64,000 nt of DNA from Hyphochytrium catenoides (Eukaryota > Protista > Hyphochytriomycota). The notes under the pieces are model-generated. The model did no database searches, was not told where the DNA came from, and saw only the letters and a program-made list of their open reading frames with translations. Shown here in pieces: positions 39,101-52,600 of the stretch. The stretch lies in NCBI GenBank assembly GCA_900088475.1, contig FLMG01001546.1, positions 1-64,000 on the forward strand. Direction: 5' to 3'. Position numbers and translations under genes: made by a program. Each line of letters starts with the position of its first letter. Positions within the stretch are counted from its first letter, which is position 1.

Positions 39101-40012
39101 GGAGTTGCTATGGGGATCACTGGCACGGAAGTTGCCAAGGAGGCTTCCGATATGGTGCTAGCCGACGACAACTTCGCTACAATTGTCTCGGCGGTCGAAG
39201 AAGGGCGCGCGATCTACAACAACATGCAGGCGTTTATTCGCTATCTTATCTCTTCCAACATTGGCGAAGTGGCAGCCATCTTTCTGACAGCGGCGCTTGG
39301 CATCCCTGAAGGCCTTATCCCTGTTCAGCTTCTTTGGGTCAACCTCGTGACCGATGGACCTCCTGCCACTGCATTGGGATTTAATCCTGCGGACCCAGAC
39401 ATTATGAAGTTCCCACCTCGACGGGCAAATGACGCACTGATCAACGGCTGGGTCTTCTTTAGATATATGGTCATCGGGGTGTATGTTGGCGCAGCCTGTG
39501 TAGGAGTCTTTGCTTACTGGTTTATGTTCTACACAGCTTCCAATGATGGTCATACCCTCGTTACCTGGAACCAACTCTCGCACTGGGCAGAGTGCCCAAC
39601 CTGGAAGGACTTCAAGGTGAACGACTTCGGTGGCCATGTATTTGGCGATGACCCTTGCAGCTACTTCACGGAGGGCAAGGACAAGGCTTCCACCCTGTCT
39701 CTCTCTGTTCTGGTGGTCATTGAGATGCTAAACGCGATGAATGCGCTTTCTGAGGACAATTCCCTTGTGACCATTCCCCCATGGAAGAATCCGTACCTCC
39801 TTCTGGCTATCGTCATTTCTATTGGTGTGCACTTCCTGGTGCTCTACGTCCCAATTATGGCGGATATCTTCAGTCTAACTCCACTGGACTACAAGGAGTG
39901 GCTGGTAGTTCTGGCATTTTCATTCCCTGTCATTATCATTGACGAACTTCTGAAGGTTGTAGGCCGCTACAGGCACAGTGCAATGGTTAATAGAGAGAAG
40001 AAGAACGTGTGA
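36199..40012 (+). CDS. SERCA: P2A-type Ca2+-transporting ATPase (SERCA/ECA)
   Basis: TGES, [29 protein letters not shown], phosphorylation site CSDKTGTLTT, KGAPE, GDGVNDAPALK, SSNIGE, WVNLVTDG and IEMLNA. Main exon 36944-40012. Probable short first exon 36199-36228 (MERPEKAHIL). Confidence 0.97.
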
Positions 40013-40631
40013 GGGAGGCAGAGGTAGAGACTCAGACATCGGACTGTGAAGAGAGGGAGGCGCTTGGTGGGCTAGTTAGTTTTCTGCGATAGGGCATCAG
40101 AGGGCTTTGGCAGTTGTCTCCACGTTATGTAAGGGAGCATGCTACTTCCGTAGTCCCATAATATCTAATGGCAGATGATATTGTCGCCTTTATTCTATCA
40201 GAAGAGCTAGGTCATATCCTCTTGTATGTCCATCTCTTATCAAGTCTCGCCACGATCCTTGAGAGGGGACCAAAACGTCACGAGGAGGAAGTGTTTGTTC
40301 CCAGTCATACGCATCTTTGCCCCTTAGTGCGGAGCACGAACAAAATAGATAGTCTCTTGCTCTTCCCTTCCTCCATGTTTTGCTCTCTCATGACACCAAC
40401 AACAGATCAATATGGAGAGCAGAAGTCCGCAGACGCTATCCTTCTTTTTATGAAAGATCACGCGTTATGGTGTGCCCAACATCCGTCCAATCAGTGGTCT
40501 AGAACCTTAGCGTTATTCGCTATTTATCTTTACAAAGTATAGCTAATGTACAAAGGAAACACAAGCGAGAAGCATTTGCAAGCGCACCAGTTTGGGCTGG
40601 TGGTGCTCCTTTCAATATAAATAGAGTTTGA

Positions 40632-43600
40632 CTATGACCAGGTGAGGTTCAGCTGGTAGCAGTCCTCGCTCTGGCCCTCTTCGTCATTGACAAATAAATA
40701 GACAGAGGCTGACACTTTTTCCCTTCTCAGAGGAAAAGAAAGCCGGATAAAGCCCTCTCCTCCTCCATGGAGCAAAAGAGTGTGGGTTTTCAACCTTACA
40801 AGAGACTCATCACTGGAGCTGAGATGGAAGGTTCGAAGGTTATCCCAACGGTTATGGTAGGCAATCCTCTGCACAGTGGCAAGCGTTCAGTGCTACAGAC
40901 TTGGCGTTATGAGAACGAGGAGGAAGAACCAAGAGAGACAGGAGAAGTACATGACAGACAGAGGGACAGAGGGAGAAGCGGAGAGACAGTTACACGGACA
41001 AAGGCGTGTAAACAGAAGAAAGAGGCAGCAAGATAGAGAGAAGCGTACCTTGCTATGCTCCTTTCCTCGATCTAGAATAAGATCAAACTTCTTGGTGACC
41101 TGTGGGGGGTAGGCGCTACTAGCGACTATCCATGAGCTCAGTAGGGTTCCAGCACCAGCGTCTGCCATGTCAAATCGGTGAACGAGAGACGACAGATAAC
41201 CGTGAAAGCAACAGAACGTGGGACCAAGACAATTAAGAGACTGAAAGGGACCTAAGTTACGGGAGTAGGAAGTGGAGGCTGAAGCAGCGTGAAAGGAACA
41301 TACAGCTTCAAGACGAAAGGTCATATTCCCTCACCTGTGGCATGCACTAGGAAGGTGCGATACCCCGCTGTCAAGGGGCGGAATCGTAGCTCCACGAAGT
41401 TCAGCGAACTTGGGGCCATTCGCACCGGACCGCTAGGTCGCATCTGTAGGTTTAGACAAAAGTTAAATGAAATGAGCGGATTAAACACTCCCAATGATGG
41501 AGACGAAGGCAAAATATTGGCCAGAAGCAAAGTGCGAGGGGGAGCGAGAGCGTACGGTGTGGGCGGGACTTGCCGCAAAAGCTTCTTACCTGTGCTTCTC
41601 CTGGAAGAGATGAGTAGAAAGAGACGTATTGAGGGGCTCCGTCACAATCAAATGCCAGCTCGGAGCTTGAAGTCTCTCCGACCACTGCGTTGATGTGGAT
41701 CCTGGGAAGAGTTAGGGGCTTAGATGTTAGCCTTTTCTCCCAGCGAAGTCCCACATCCCTTTGCGATACCTTCGCCTTTTGCAAACGTTCCTCTTACTCC
41801 CGCATACCCACAGTTGCTTCCCAAAGACAACACTCCCCTCCACTCCACCTTCTCACGCAATGTACAGCTATTGTTATTCTTACCTGTTACTAACGTGCAA
41901 TGTCACCCTCCAGATGGCGCAGAGCCTGGCATGAAAATGATCTTCGTAGAGGAGGACATAGAAGCTCTCCTCAATCGGAGTGCGTGGGGTCCGAGTCTTA
42001 ATCTCTAAGGTGTTTGGTCCGTGATCCAGAGGAACATCGCCAGCCTTTCACAGAAATAACAGCGTCAGTAGCTCACAGAAGAGCTTTGAAGTCAAAGCAT
42101 AAAACGGGGTAGGTTCCCCCGCAGGCTGTTAATAGAGAGGTGCGAGAAATGACACTTGGAGTCGTTGCGCGGAGCTCATTATAGTTCCAAGAGATAATAT
42201 CTAGTTCAAAGACAAAGCCTTTCCTTACCTTGGCTCCATAGACTTCTACAAGCACCTCCTTTTCGCTGCAAAAGGCATACTTCGGCCTCCCACGGCAAGC
42301 AGATGATGAGGATGGAGTATCAAGAGCAATCTGTTCCTTGACAATCTCACCAGGCCCTTTGTGTAAATGTAGGTGCCGGTCCACCACGAAAGGTTGGGGA
42401 TGGACTCGGATTTTGAATATGGCTATGTTATGCCCATGTATCGCACTTTGGAGGACGATTGGACAGACCCTCTCGTCTTTTTCTCTTTCCTCCGCACTAT
42501 GACGCATGGACATGAACACAAAGGGAACCCAAAGCTCTCCGTTTCCCTCCAGAAGTAGCTCACATTTGTCATCAATCATTTCTCTCTCCAAAGGCTGCAG
42601 CCCTGCCGACCCGAAGGCTGGCCGAACATTTGACCTAAAGTACGTCCACTCCTCAACATTTCTTATGAGATGGAGCTCAGGATCGCCGAAGCTTAGTGAG
42701 AATCGATGCTCCGCAGGGAAAGGATTGCGTATGTGAAGCTCGAAGTACTCTGGCTTGCCAAAAGTAGGAAAGAGCTGAAATTCCGTGGTAAGGCTCTGAG
42801 TTAAAAGACTGGTAACGAGCTTCGCCTTACTCTTCTCTCTGTGCCACTTCAACCTTTCCATGTCCCTTTCTTTTGAGCCAACACGCTGGAACTCGGGCAC
42901 TGACGAGGGTGAAGGGTGGACAGCAGAGTAGATGCTGCTTCTAGCTTCACTTGTATTTGACTGCTTCCTCTTCTCCATGGCTCTCTTCAGCGCGGCTACT
43001 CGAGTCCGCTGTCGACGCAGAAGGGACGAGGAATATCGAGAGTTGGAGTGGGAGGGTGATGCTTCGATGGTGTCTGTCAGTGTGAAGCCCAGTTTGAAGA
43101 GCAGCTGTGAGAAATCTGAAAGAAATATGGAACCTGTCCCTGAAGGGTCATAGGAGGCCAAGACAGAGGAGACATCAAATCCTTTCATAGAAAGCTTTGA
43201 TATTTGCTTCCTCAGTTTCCGCTCTATCCTAAGACCCATATCTTTCACACCTCTCTGGTCACTTAAGACTTCCTCAATAGCTTTGGGGAGATCTGACAAT
43301 CGCCCAAAGCCAGAGAATTCTTTGTCAACAAGCTCAAATAAGAGCAAACTCTCACTGTTGCTGAGATGGAACAGCCGCTTGCAGTGCCTTGTGAATTCGG
43401 CTAGAGAAACTTTATCGGTCCCGAGGTTCTGCCTTCCTAGTTGCATCTCGTCCATTTTCGTGCGTACATCTCTCAATAAACCTCTCCTCCTATCTTCAAG
43501 CTCTTTCTCAATGTGCGGGTTGAACAAGTCTCGAAAAAGTAGGAAACCATCACCGTCTGTGTCCAACTGGGCAAAGATATAGGTCAACTGGGGGTAAATA

Positions 43601-46600
43601 TCCTCGTTCCAGTCAGGCAGACTCCTCATAAAGTCTTGGAAACCTTCAAAACTCATTCTGCCTCCTGCTCCTTGGGTAAAGTGAGAGAAGAGCTCTTGCA
43701 ACTCTAACCCTGCGGCCCCCTGAAGCAGAGACGTGAAGTCCCTTGCTGAAGCCGCTGGTCCGTCCACTGTGCTCGAGTGTGAGAAGAAGGCTTCCACACT
43801 CTTCTCGGCCAAACGGTTCTTGCCGCCACCACCGAGCTCTTTGAACAGGCAAGAAGCGATCTCCTTCGATGCTTTCTCCAATTCACCTCCCAGGCTCTGA
43901 AGGGCCAACTCGAGATGGTGTTGCGTGAGGGTACCTCCGTCTCTTGCTGCAAGCTCCAGAACTAGTGCTTTGAAACTAATGCCAAGGGCGTCTGCTACTT
44001 CCACTACCTCCTTTATTGTCCAAGAGCGTGAATCATTCCCTTTCATATGTACGATGCGCTCATCGTTACTCTGGACGAAGGCAACAAAGGCTTCAAAGGA
44101 AGAAGTCAGGCTCCCTGATCCTTCCGTTACCTTTCCTGGCGCAATTACACCTTCCTTAAAGGCAGAAAGCGCTTCGTCCGCCTTGAGATCCAAGTCTATA
44201 CCCGTATCAGACAGTAGCGAGACCAGCTTGTCATATTCCTTGGGATTGCCACTCTTTAGGAGAGAAAATAGGTCCTTCAGATCTGCACCTTTCGCCTGAG
44301 CGGCAAGTAAGGCTTCCTTGAGCTGCAGGGCAGCCATAGAAGACCCTTTTTGCGTTTTTTCGCCACCCTTCACTGGAACTCCATTGTCAACAAACTGAAG
44401 AAACTCTGCAAAATGTATCTTTCCGTTACCGTCGACGTCAATCTGACCGAAGATCATCTGGATCTCCTCGTCCCCAAGCTCAAATGAAGCTGATCCTAGT
44501 CCCGCCAAAAACTGAGCAAACTCTGCGCGGTCCACGGCAGCGCTTCCATCCTTGTCAAAGTGAGAGAAGAGATCCTTGATGTTTACTCCCTTTTCCTGCG
44601 CGGTTCGCAGTATGCTCTGCAGGTTCTCGGTGCTAGTACGGCTGCATTTTGCTTCCTCCTTATTCCCATGATTTCCCTTACTCAGTGCCGCCTTCGTTGT
44701 GTACCCGTTGCTTGATTCTACCTTTGCGGCTTTCCCAAGCGGTTGGCTGTTTATGAAGGTTTTGAATTCTTCATAGCAAATCTTTCCATTGTTGTCGTCA
44801 TCAATCTCCCTAAATAGTGCGTTCATGTCTTCCTCGGTGAGAGTGTAATCTGGCCCTAGTCCCCGCAAGACCTGACTGAACTCCTTGATGTCAAGCCACC
44901 CACCTCCATTTAGGTCAAAATGAGCGAACAAGTCCTTTAGCGATACCCCTTTCGCTTCTGCTGACTTCATCAGCTGGCGGACTTGATCACTGACCGTTGT
45001 ACGGCGCCAACTGGATTTCTCACTCTTTGTATCCTCAGATTTAGCAGATGTCGTCTTCCGTTGAGAAGCACTTCCATTAACGAAATGGAGGAACTCTTCA
45101 TAAGTTACCTTTCCGCTCCTGTCCCTATCGATCTGGGAGAATAGTTTTGATGCCTCATCACCGCTGAGCTTCAGAGTAGGTCCCAGCCCATGAAGCACTT
45201 GCTCAAACTCTGCCGCATCTACTGAACCATCCCCATCGTTATCAAAGTGGGCAAATAAGTCTTTGACATTCAAGCCCTTCTCCATTGCGCCACTTAGGAG
45301 CCTTTGCAGCGACTCCATCGATAAGGTGCTCTTCGATACTGATTCTATTGACATGGGCTTGTCACCCTCAAGGAAGAGCATGAACTCCTGGCAGGTGATC
45401 TTGCCACTGTTGTCACGGTCAATCTGCCGAAAAAGCATTGCTACCTCTTCTTGCTCAAGGCTGAAGTCAACCCCAAGACCTAAAAGGACTTGACCGAACT
45501 CTTTGACATCCACAGAGCCATTTCTGTCTTTATCAGAGTGATCAAAGAGCTCTTTCACATTCAATCCTTTCTCAGAAGCTGCCTTCAGCAGCTTGCGTAG
45601 ATCCGTAGAACGCATATTTGTCGTTATTGCCGACGCCGACTGGCCTCTTTTGCCATTGGCCTCAGGTCCGCTTCTCACTCCTAGTTGCACGAACTGCTGA
45701 AATTCTTCGTATGTAATCTTTCCGTTGCCATCAGTATCTATATTCTTGTAGATAACCTCAACCTGTTCATCTGCCAGCTTAAAGTCCGGTCCCAGTCCAG
45801 AGAGCACTTGCTTGAACTCCTTTAGATCCACAGAGCCACCTCCATCCTTGTCAAAGTGTGTGAAGAGATTCTTTACGCTTATTCCCTTCTCTTCCGCAGA
45901 TTTTAGTACATTTCGAAGTTGATGTAAGGGCGCCACATCTGAAGATTTCTCCCCTCCCATTTCTCGAGAGGGACTGGGGGTACTCTCAATAAAGGCCTTG
46001 AACTCGTCGTAGGTAATCCTTCCACTCTTATCGCGATCTAATTCTTGAAAGATATCTCTGATTACGGCTTTGCCCAGCTTGAAATCTTGACCCAGCCCTG
46101 CAACCACTTTTTCGAACTCAACAAAGTCAACAAAGCCGCCATGGTCATGATCAAAGTGGCGGAAGAGATCCTCTAAGTGGACCCCTTTATCCGAAGCAGT
46201 CTTGATCACTTGACGTAGCTGGTCTGAAGCTGATTCCGCTTTCTGCTGTGCCGGGGGCCCGTTACAGTTTCCATCTACGAAGCTCCTAAACTCTCCGTAG
46301 CTTATTCGTCCGTTTTTGTCAATGTCAATCGTACAGAATATACCTCTAACATCCTCAACTGTAAGTGAGAACTCTGATCCCAAGCCGTGTAAAACCAAGC
46401 CAAACTCCTCAAAGTCCACTGAACCGCCGCCATTCTTATCAAAGTACTTGAATAGATCCTCGACACTGATACCTTTTTGCCCTGCTTGTTTAAGTGTGTC
46501 TCGCAGTCGAGCTAAGGCAGAATGACCAGACGCTCCAGTCTTGTCCAATCCTGCAATAGAACCTCCTTGCATATAGTCGCGGAACTCTTCATAGCAGATA

Positions 46601-49600
46601 GTTCCATCCCCATCTCTATCTATCCTCCGGAAAATATTAGCCACCGCTTCCTCCTTGAGGGTGAAATCCGCACCCAATGCAGCAAGAACCTGGGCGAATT
46701 CCTTCAGATCCACGGACCCGCCGCCATCTTTGTCAAAGTGAGTAAAGAGATCTCTTACGCTGACGCCCTTTTCCTCACAGGTCAGTAGGATGCTCTTGAG
46801 TTGCTCTATCGGGTTTGGCGCCGTTGCTGCACTTTGCGAACGGCTAGTTCCACCATTCACGAAAGCCTTGAACTCGTCATAGCTGACTTTACCACTGTTA
46901 TCTTCATCGATTTGTCGAAAGATCTTCATCATCTCTTCTCTTTGCAGCTGAAAGTCTACGCCCAGGCCATCCAGCACCTGGCCAAACTCAGTACAGTCTA
47001 CCGATCCAACCCCATCCTTATCAAAGTGCCTGAAGAGATCCTTTAAGCTGACTCCTTTTGTCTCGCAGGCTTTTAAAATCCGTTGTACTTGATCTGCCGT
47101 ACTTGGTTCTGCATTGTCTTCCCGTTGACTATGCGTTGCTCCGCCTTGTATAAAAGCCTTAAGTTCAGCGAAGGATATCTTTCCGCTATTGTCATCATCA
47201 ATGGACTTAAAAATCTCTTCTGCTTCATTCTTTCCTAATTGGAGGCCAGGCCCCAGCCCGTCCAAAACTTGGGCGAACTCAGTTAGGTCCACTGTACCAC
47301 CGCCATCTCGGTCAAAGTGACTGAAGAGTTCTTTTACACTTGCGCCTCTCTCTTCGCAGGTTTTAAGGATCTTCCTCAGCTTGTCCGCGGATTTCTCCTT
47401 ACCCTGGGCCTTCCTGTGACTATGCGTGGCTCCAATTTCTACAAAGTCGTTGAACTCTGCGTAGCTTATTCTACCACTGTGGTCATCATCAATCTCTTTG
47501 AAGAGAGCAGATACCTTCTCCGGGGAGAGCGTGAACTCCGGCCCTAGGCCGGCCAATACTTCAGCAAACTCCTTGACATCGACAAAGCCGCCACCGTCCC
47601 CATCAAAATGGTGGAAAAGATCCTTTAAATCAACTCCCTTGTTCTGGCAGACCTCAAGTACTTTTCGAAGCTGATCGGCCGCAGATACCTGATCCTCCAC
47701 CGCTTTGCTCTGTTCCAGAAAGGACTTGAACTCTTGAAAGGTGATACGTCCACTGCGATCTTTGTCTATATGACGGAAGATACGGTGTCTGTCCATGACG
47801 GTCGGACGAAATTGGTCCGAAAGAGCACCCAAGACCTGTTCGAACTCTTTCTCGTCTACGGATCCGCTTCCGTCTTTGTCAAAGTGAAAGAAAAGCTTCT
47901 CCATGGTAACACCCTTGCTTGCAGCCGTACGAAGGATATCGCGTAAAGCTTGAAGATTAGGGTCGTTCTCCGCGTCCTCCTTATTGTTCTTGGACCGGGG
48001 ATAGAGTTCCGCCAGAAGTCGCCGATACTGAACCACGTTTTCTCTGTTTAGCGGCGAGTAGCTCTCGAGAAGTAAATCTAGGTCTGCGATAGAGATTTCA
48101 CAACTAGAGCCTAGGTTCTGAAAGCACTCGAGGGCGCACTTCATGGAGACGGAGCCCACCTTCTCTTTATCGTAGGAAGCAAAGAGATCTAGGATAGTCG
48201 CATACTTAATCCCGCGTTTCTTGAGGACATTCCTAAGTCTCTGTATAAGACTCTGCTTCCGCTCGCCGCGGGATCCAGCCTCCTTTGCCAATCTGACCAG
48301 TTCCCTATAGTCAACCCTATGTTCTCCTAGTCGGTGCTTCTGAAAGTACTGATAGATTTCATCTGTGGATATGCAGAGCGCCTCAATGGGTGCCTCTTCT
48401 ATTCTTTCTTTTTCTTCAGGAGTATTTGTCTGCAGTTGAGTGATGGGCTTCGCACGAGCTCGTGTGCGAAAGATGGCACCTTTGCTTTCCCTTTCCTTTC
48501 CTTCGCTTTGAAGCCTCCATTGCAACGCTAGTCTGGCAAAAGTATCCCCTTCATCCGGTTGGCCTATCATAGTTATGGGTGTATTCCTCCCAGCCTCCGT
48601 TTCCTTGAAACTTCGAACTCCCAAGTTGGATGCTAGGAGAAGGACCTTTCCGACAGCCTTGGTGGCTGGGAAGGAGTAGGATGAGGACTCGAACACGTCA
48701 AATTCTCCTCCAAACTTGACGGATTTCTGTCCCTGTCTCATTAGCCGCCGTAAAGGCAGTCTGCATAGACCGAGGTGAAAGAGGCTATCTCCGTCCCATA
48801 CGTCTATCTGCAGAGATTTGTAGTACAGATATTCAGCGAAAGCTATGGACTCGTTGGTGCCGTGGGCGGACGTGTCAATGGTAAACTTCACAGCCAGCCC
48901 AGCGGGTTCTTGACTTTGCTCCTTTCGAACTAAAATCTCTGCCGGACCAAACTGACTGCTACCATCAGCCGGGAATTCTGCAAAGGGTGCAGCTAGATTA
49001 AGGTCCTTGTCATGGGAAGGAAGACAAGAAAGCGTCTCCGTCCTTGTCGGAACATAGTTGTAGAATTGGAAAGTGAAGAATAGTCTTTTAGGACTGGGTG
49101 CATTCTTCTCCAAGCTACGCCTGAACCCAGCCAGATGCACCGTGACCTCATGTATGGCGCAAGAATCTTGAGCCTCCAGCTCAACGCTAAGTGGCGAGTA
49201 CTGAACAGTAACATCACTTGCAGAGGAATGCGTGCTAGCTATTCCTCCACTGACGGACTCGGCGACGCCTAACCGGTTCAGAGTTGTCATGGCCGCCCTG
49301 GAGAACTCCCGGTAGGGCATCGTGAGATCTCTGACAGGTTGTTGGCTTCCGGACGGCTTCAACTCCACCGGTGCCCTTTGATTGGGCCCAACATTAGTCT
49401 CCATGCTACGAGGGGACAACTCCGGCTTCTTAGGTTGTGTTGTCTTCTCGTCGTCCTTAGGGCGCTTCTTGTTTGCCGTAGTTGTGGCTAGCTGCGCGGG
49501 AACTTGCTGCTCTTCTTCGACCTCGATGTCTTCCCACTGCAGGAGTCAATACATGTTAGGCGCAGTCAGCCGATTCAGTGTAGGCCTTGAAGGGGAGTGG

Positions 49601-52600
49601 ACACGATATAGGGTCAAAGTAACAGAACCTATCAGAAAGGGAGACCTGCTAGGCAAGGGGCTTAAAAATGAAGAAGTTACTATCCAAAGAATAACCGGCA
49701 CCCAGATGGGAAAGTCCTTCACCATAGGGGAGAAAGTCGAACCTTCAGTTGACACTCGATAGTTATCTTGTGATGGCCAGATGTAGGAGGGCGTCCGGGG
49801 ATAGAGAAGATTGGCGCTTCGGTAAATTTCCTCATCAGCCCGATATCAAACATCTTTAGCTTTGTCAGAGTGTCTGGTGATACTGCTACCTCTTTGCCAT
49901 CATGCAAGACTGCACCGCCACATGCGACCACAGCGAGGGCTGGCTCAGTGTCCTTTGGGGTCTTGGTTTTCAAGATTATACCTTCTATCTTGGTCTCCGA
50001 AATGAGAATGGTGTACTGCACCATCCCTACGAGGACAAAATTGGGATCTGGCACGCAGCCCCTGAGCTTCAGAGCTCCGGAACTGAGTAGCGTATCACTG
50101 ACAGAGCTCTTAAGTTTGAGCGGCAGCGTCAGCGCCCTCGTCACCCACCTCCTACCGTTGTGCAGCCCGATCTTTAGAACTCTGTGGGAAATGTCTGCAG
50201 CAACCTGAGTCGCATCATTTTGGGCTCTAGCATAAATGATATTCTCAATCAGCGCTTCTTCAAACTCCACTCTATGGCGAATTGTTACTGAGACAGATTC
50301 CACGTCCGTCGTGGTCCGAGGTAAGAACTCAAAGGCCAGAGTAGGTAAGAGGCGTCGGTGCTGCTGCTGCTGAAGACAAGGAATCTTTCTTTTTCCTACC
50401 CCGAGGACATTAGGCCTTAGTCCTGGGATGGCGTCAGCCTTCGTAAACAATTCGTAATCATTCAAAAGGGGAGCCAGTCGGGCATACTCTGGTACTCGGC
50501 ATCTGCTGATGCGTAGAACGCAGCCCTGGACATCAGGAAAGTCCTTCGCTTCGCTTGTAAGACCGAAGAGGGCTCGGGGACTGCCCTGGAGAACTTGAAT
50601 CATATCTAGAGTCTCATGGCCAGTCTGCCATTGGTGGCTCAGATCAGGAAGACTACCATCACAAAAGATGGGAAACATTGCCCATCCAAAACCGCTTTCA
50701 GATCGAGTGATACCACTAGAATCTTTGACACCGGATATGAGTTCTATAACAGCATATACTGATTTCTTTCTCTCTCCAGCGCTCAGGAAAAACAGGTAGT
50801 CATCTATCAGTATAGTCTTCTGAGCTTTGGACCGACAAAGTCCGGGCAGATCCTTCTGGGTGGAAAGGAAGACTTTGGACTGGCGATCGTACAGAAATAT
50901 TCTCAGCCTATATGTTGAATCTAGTAGTGCCCCACGGGAACAGATGGAGACGAAGAGCAAGGACCCAAGGTTAGCTTACGAACATTCGAAAGAAGCTAAC
51001 AAACCACTACCGTCCCTCATAACTGCTCTAAGGACCAAAGATTTGCACAACAAGAAGAAGAACAATTAATTGACGAGTTGTCTCACCACCGTCGGCGAAA
51101 GCCTTAGCGTCTGGCCACCGTGTGACATCGACGAGATGGAAGCCGTAAGCAGTTGTTTGAGATGTTGATCGAGCAGATTGAGCATCCATCCCTTCAGCGG
51201 CACAAGGCACAATCTGCCTACGCACCAGCCCTAAGAACTTCTTGACGTAAAGGTCCTGCGTCTCTTGAGGGGTGCGTGGAACCACAACTGGCTCTCCCTT
51301 ATCCTGGTTATCAGATTCAGGCTCTTTCTTGTCGTCGTCGTTGTCCAGTTCTAAGTTGTCATCTTCTTCCTCTTGACTTTCTGTTTCCGAAGACGCATCT
51401 CGCTCGCCAGGCATAAGCTCTCCATGCTTCGATTGCTTTTTACCACCACTGGTGCTACTGTTACCTAGTATGCCTGTTTCACCATGTTGGATAGGAGGAG
51501 CAGACTGCGGGGGTGTTGATCTTGTGACGCGCTCCGGCCGAGCGCATTCGCCTTCCTCGTCTCCAGGTTTTGTCATCATCTTTTTGTTCGATTCCCTGTT
51601 CTCTTCAGACTTAACTGGTTCTTTGCTCTGTTTATCGTTCGAGCTCCCGGTGAAGGCCTGTTTGGTAGGTTTGTTTGCCTTATCTCTCTTCTGCTGGCTA
51701 TCAATCTCTTCAACTGTCTTCTCTTTTGCTATCTTATCTTCTTTGTCCTGCTTATCAATCGCCTGGGTGGCAAGTGTCTTGTCTACCTTAACATTGCCTT
51801 GATCGACAGTTCCTTCCTCCTTAGTTGGTCTAGATTTGGAGTGTTTGGCATCCTGAGTACTCTTGGCTGTCTCGGCTGTCAAGGCGATGGAAGGAGCGGC
51901 GCCTTTAACAGGCTGGAAAGTTTCAACTCCACGGTTACCTCCTTCAGACAAGCTCCCTTTAGCAGCAGGTTGACCCTCGTCTCCATTCGTTTCAAAACGC
52001 CCTTCTGCGATCCATGAGCCATCCGTCTCTTTATTGGACATCCTACCGCTATCTGCTCTACTATCTGATTCTTCGTCATTGGAAGCAGGAAGATCCGCTG
52101 AGAATCCTCTATCCTTACTCCCGCCGCCGTCGTTCTTCTCCCAGCCATCTTTCGCTAGGGCGGCTTTGCGCACCTCGGTGTCGGGCTGCCGTGTAGAAGG
52201 CTTCGGTTGATAGTTGTTGGATCTCTTGTCCCTTGTGGCACTGGCAAGGTCGGGAGCTGTTGAGAGAAGATTGTCTTCCTGCCGGACACTTTCAATTTCT
52301 TTTATCGATAAAGCATGGATTCTGGTGATCTTACCTTCTCGTCTCTGACTGTGGGTTCCTCTTTGTCGTTAGGAGTTTGAGGAACGTCAGTATCTGCGGA
52401 AACAGTGAATGAGGTGGCGCTAGTTGGCTCTTCCTGCTTTAGGGTAGAACCCGACGGCATAGAGGTGGAAGCCTTGCCTAGAACATTTACTTGTGCTATG
52501 CGACAGCTTAGCTCGTCACCTATGGGAGGCTTTACTAGCAGACAAAGTACCTTCCTCTCCCTCCTTTGCCACGATTAATGTGCTAGTAGAGGCACCATCA

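Noticed and set aside
44390-47955. EF-hand array as an assembly artefact or inserted mobile element
   Set aside because: Units are well diverged at DNA level, in frame, and have unique linkers. No TIR, TSD or transposase was seen.
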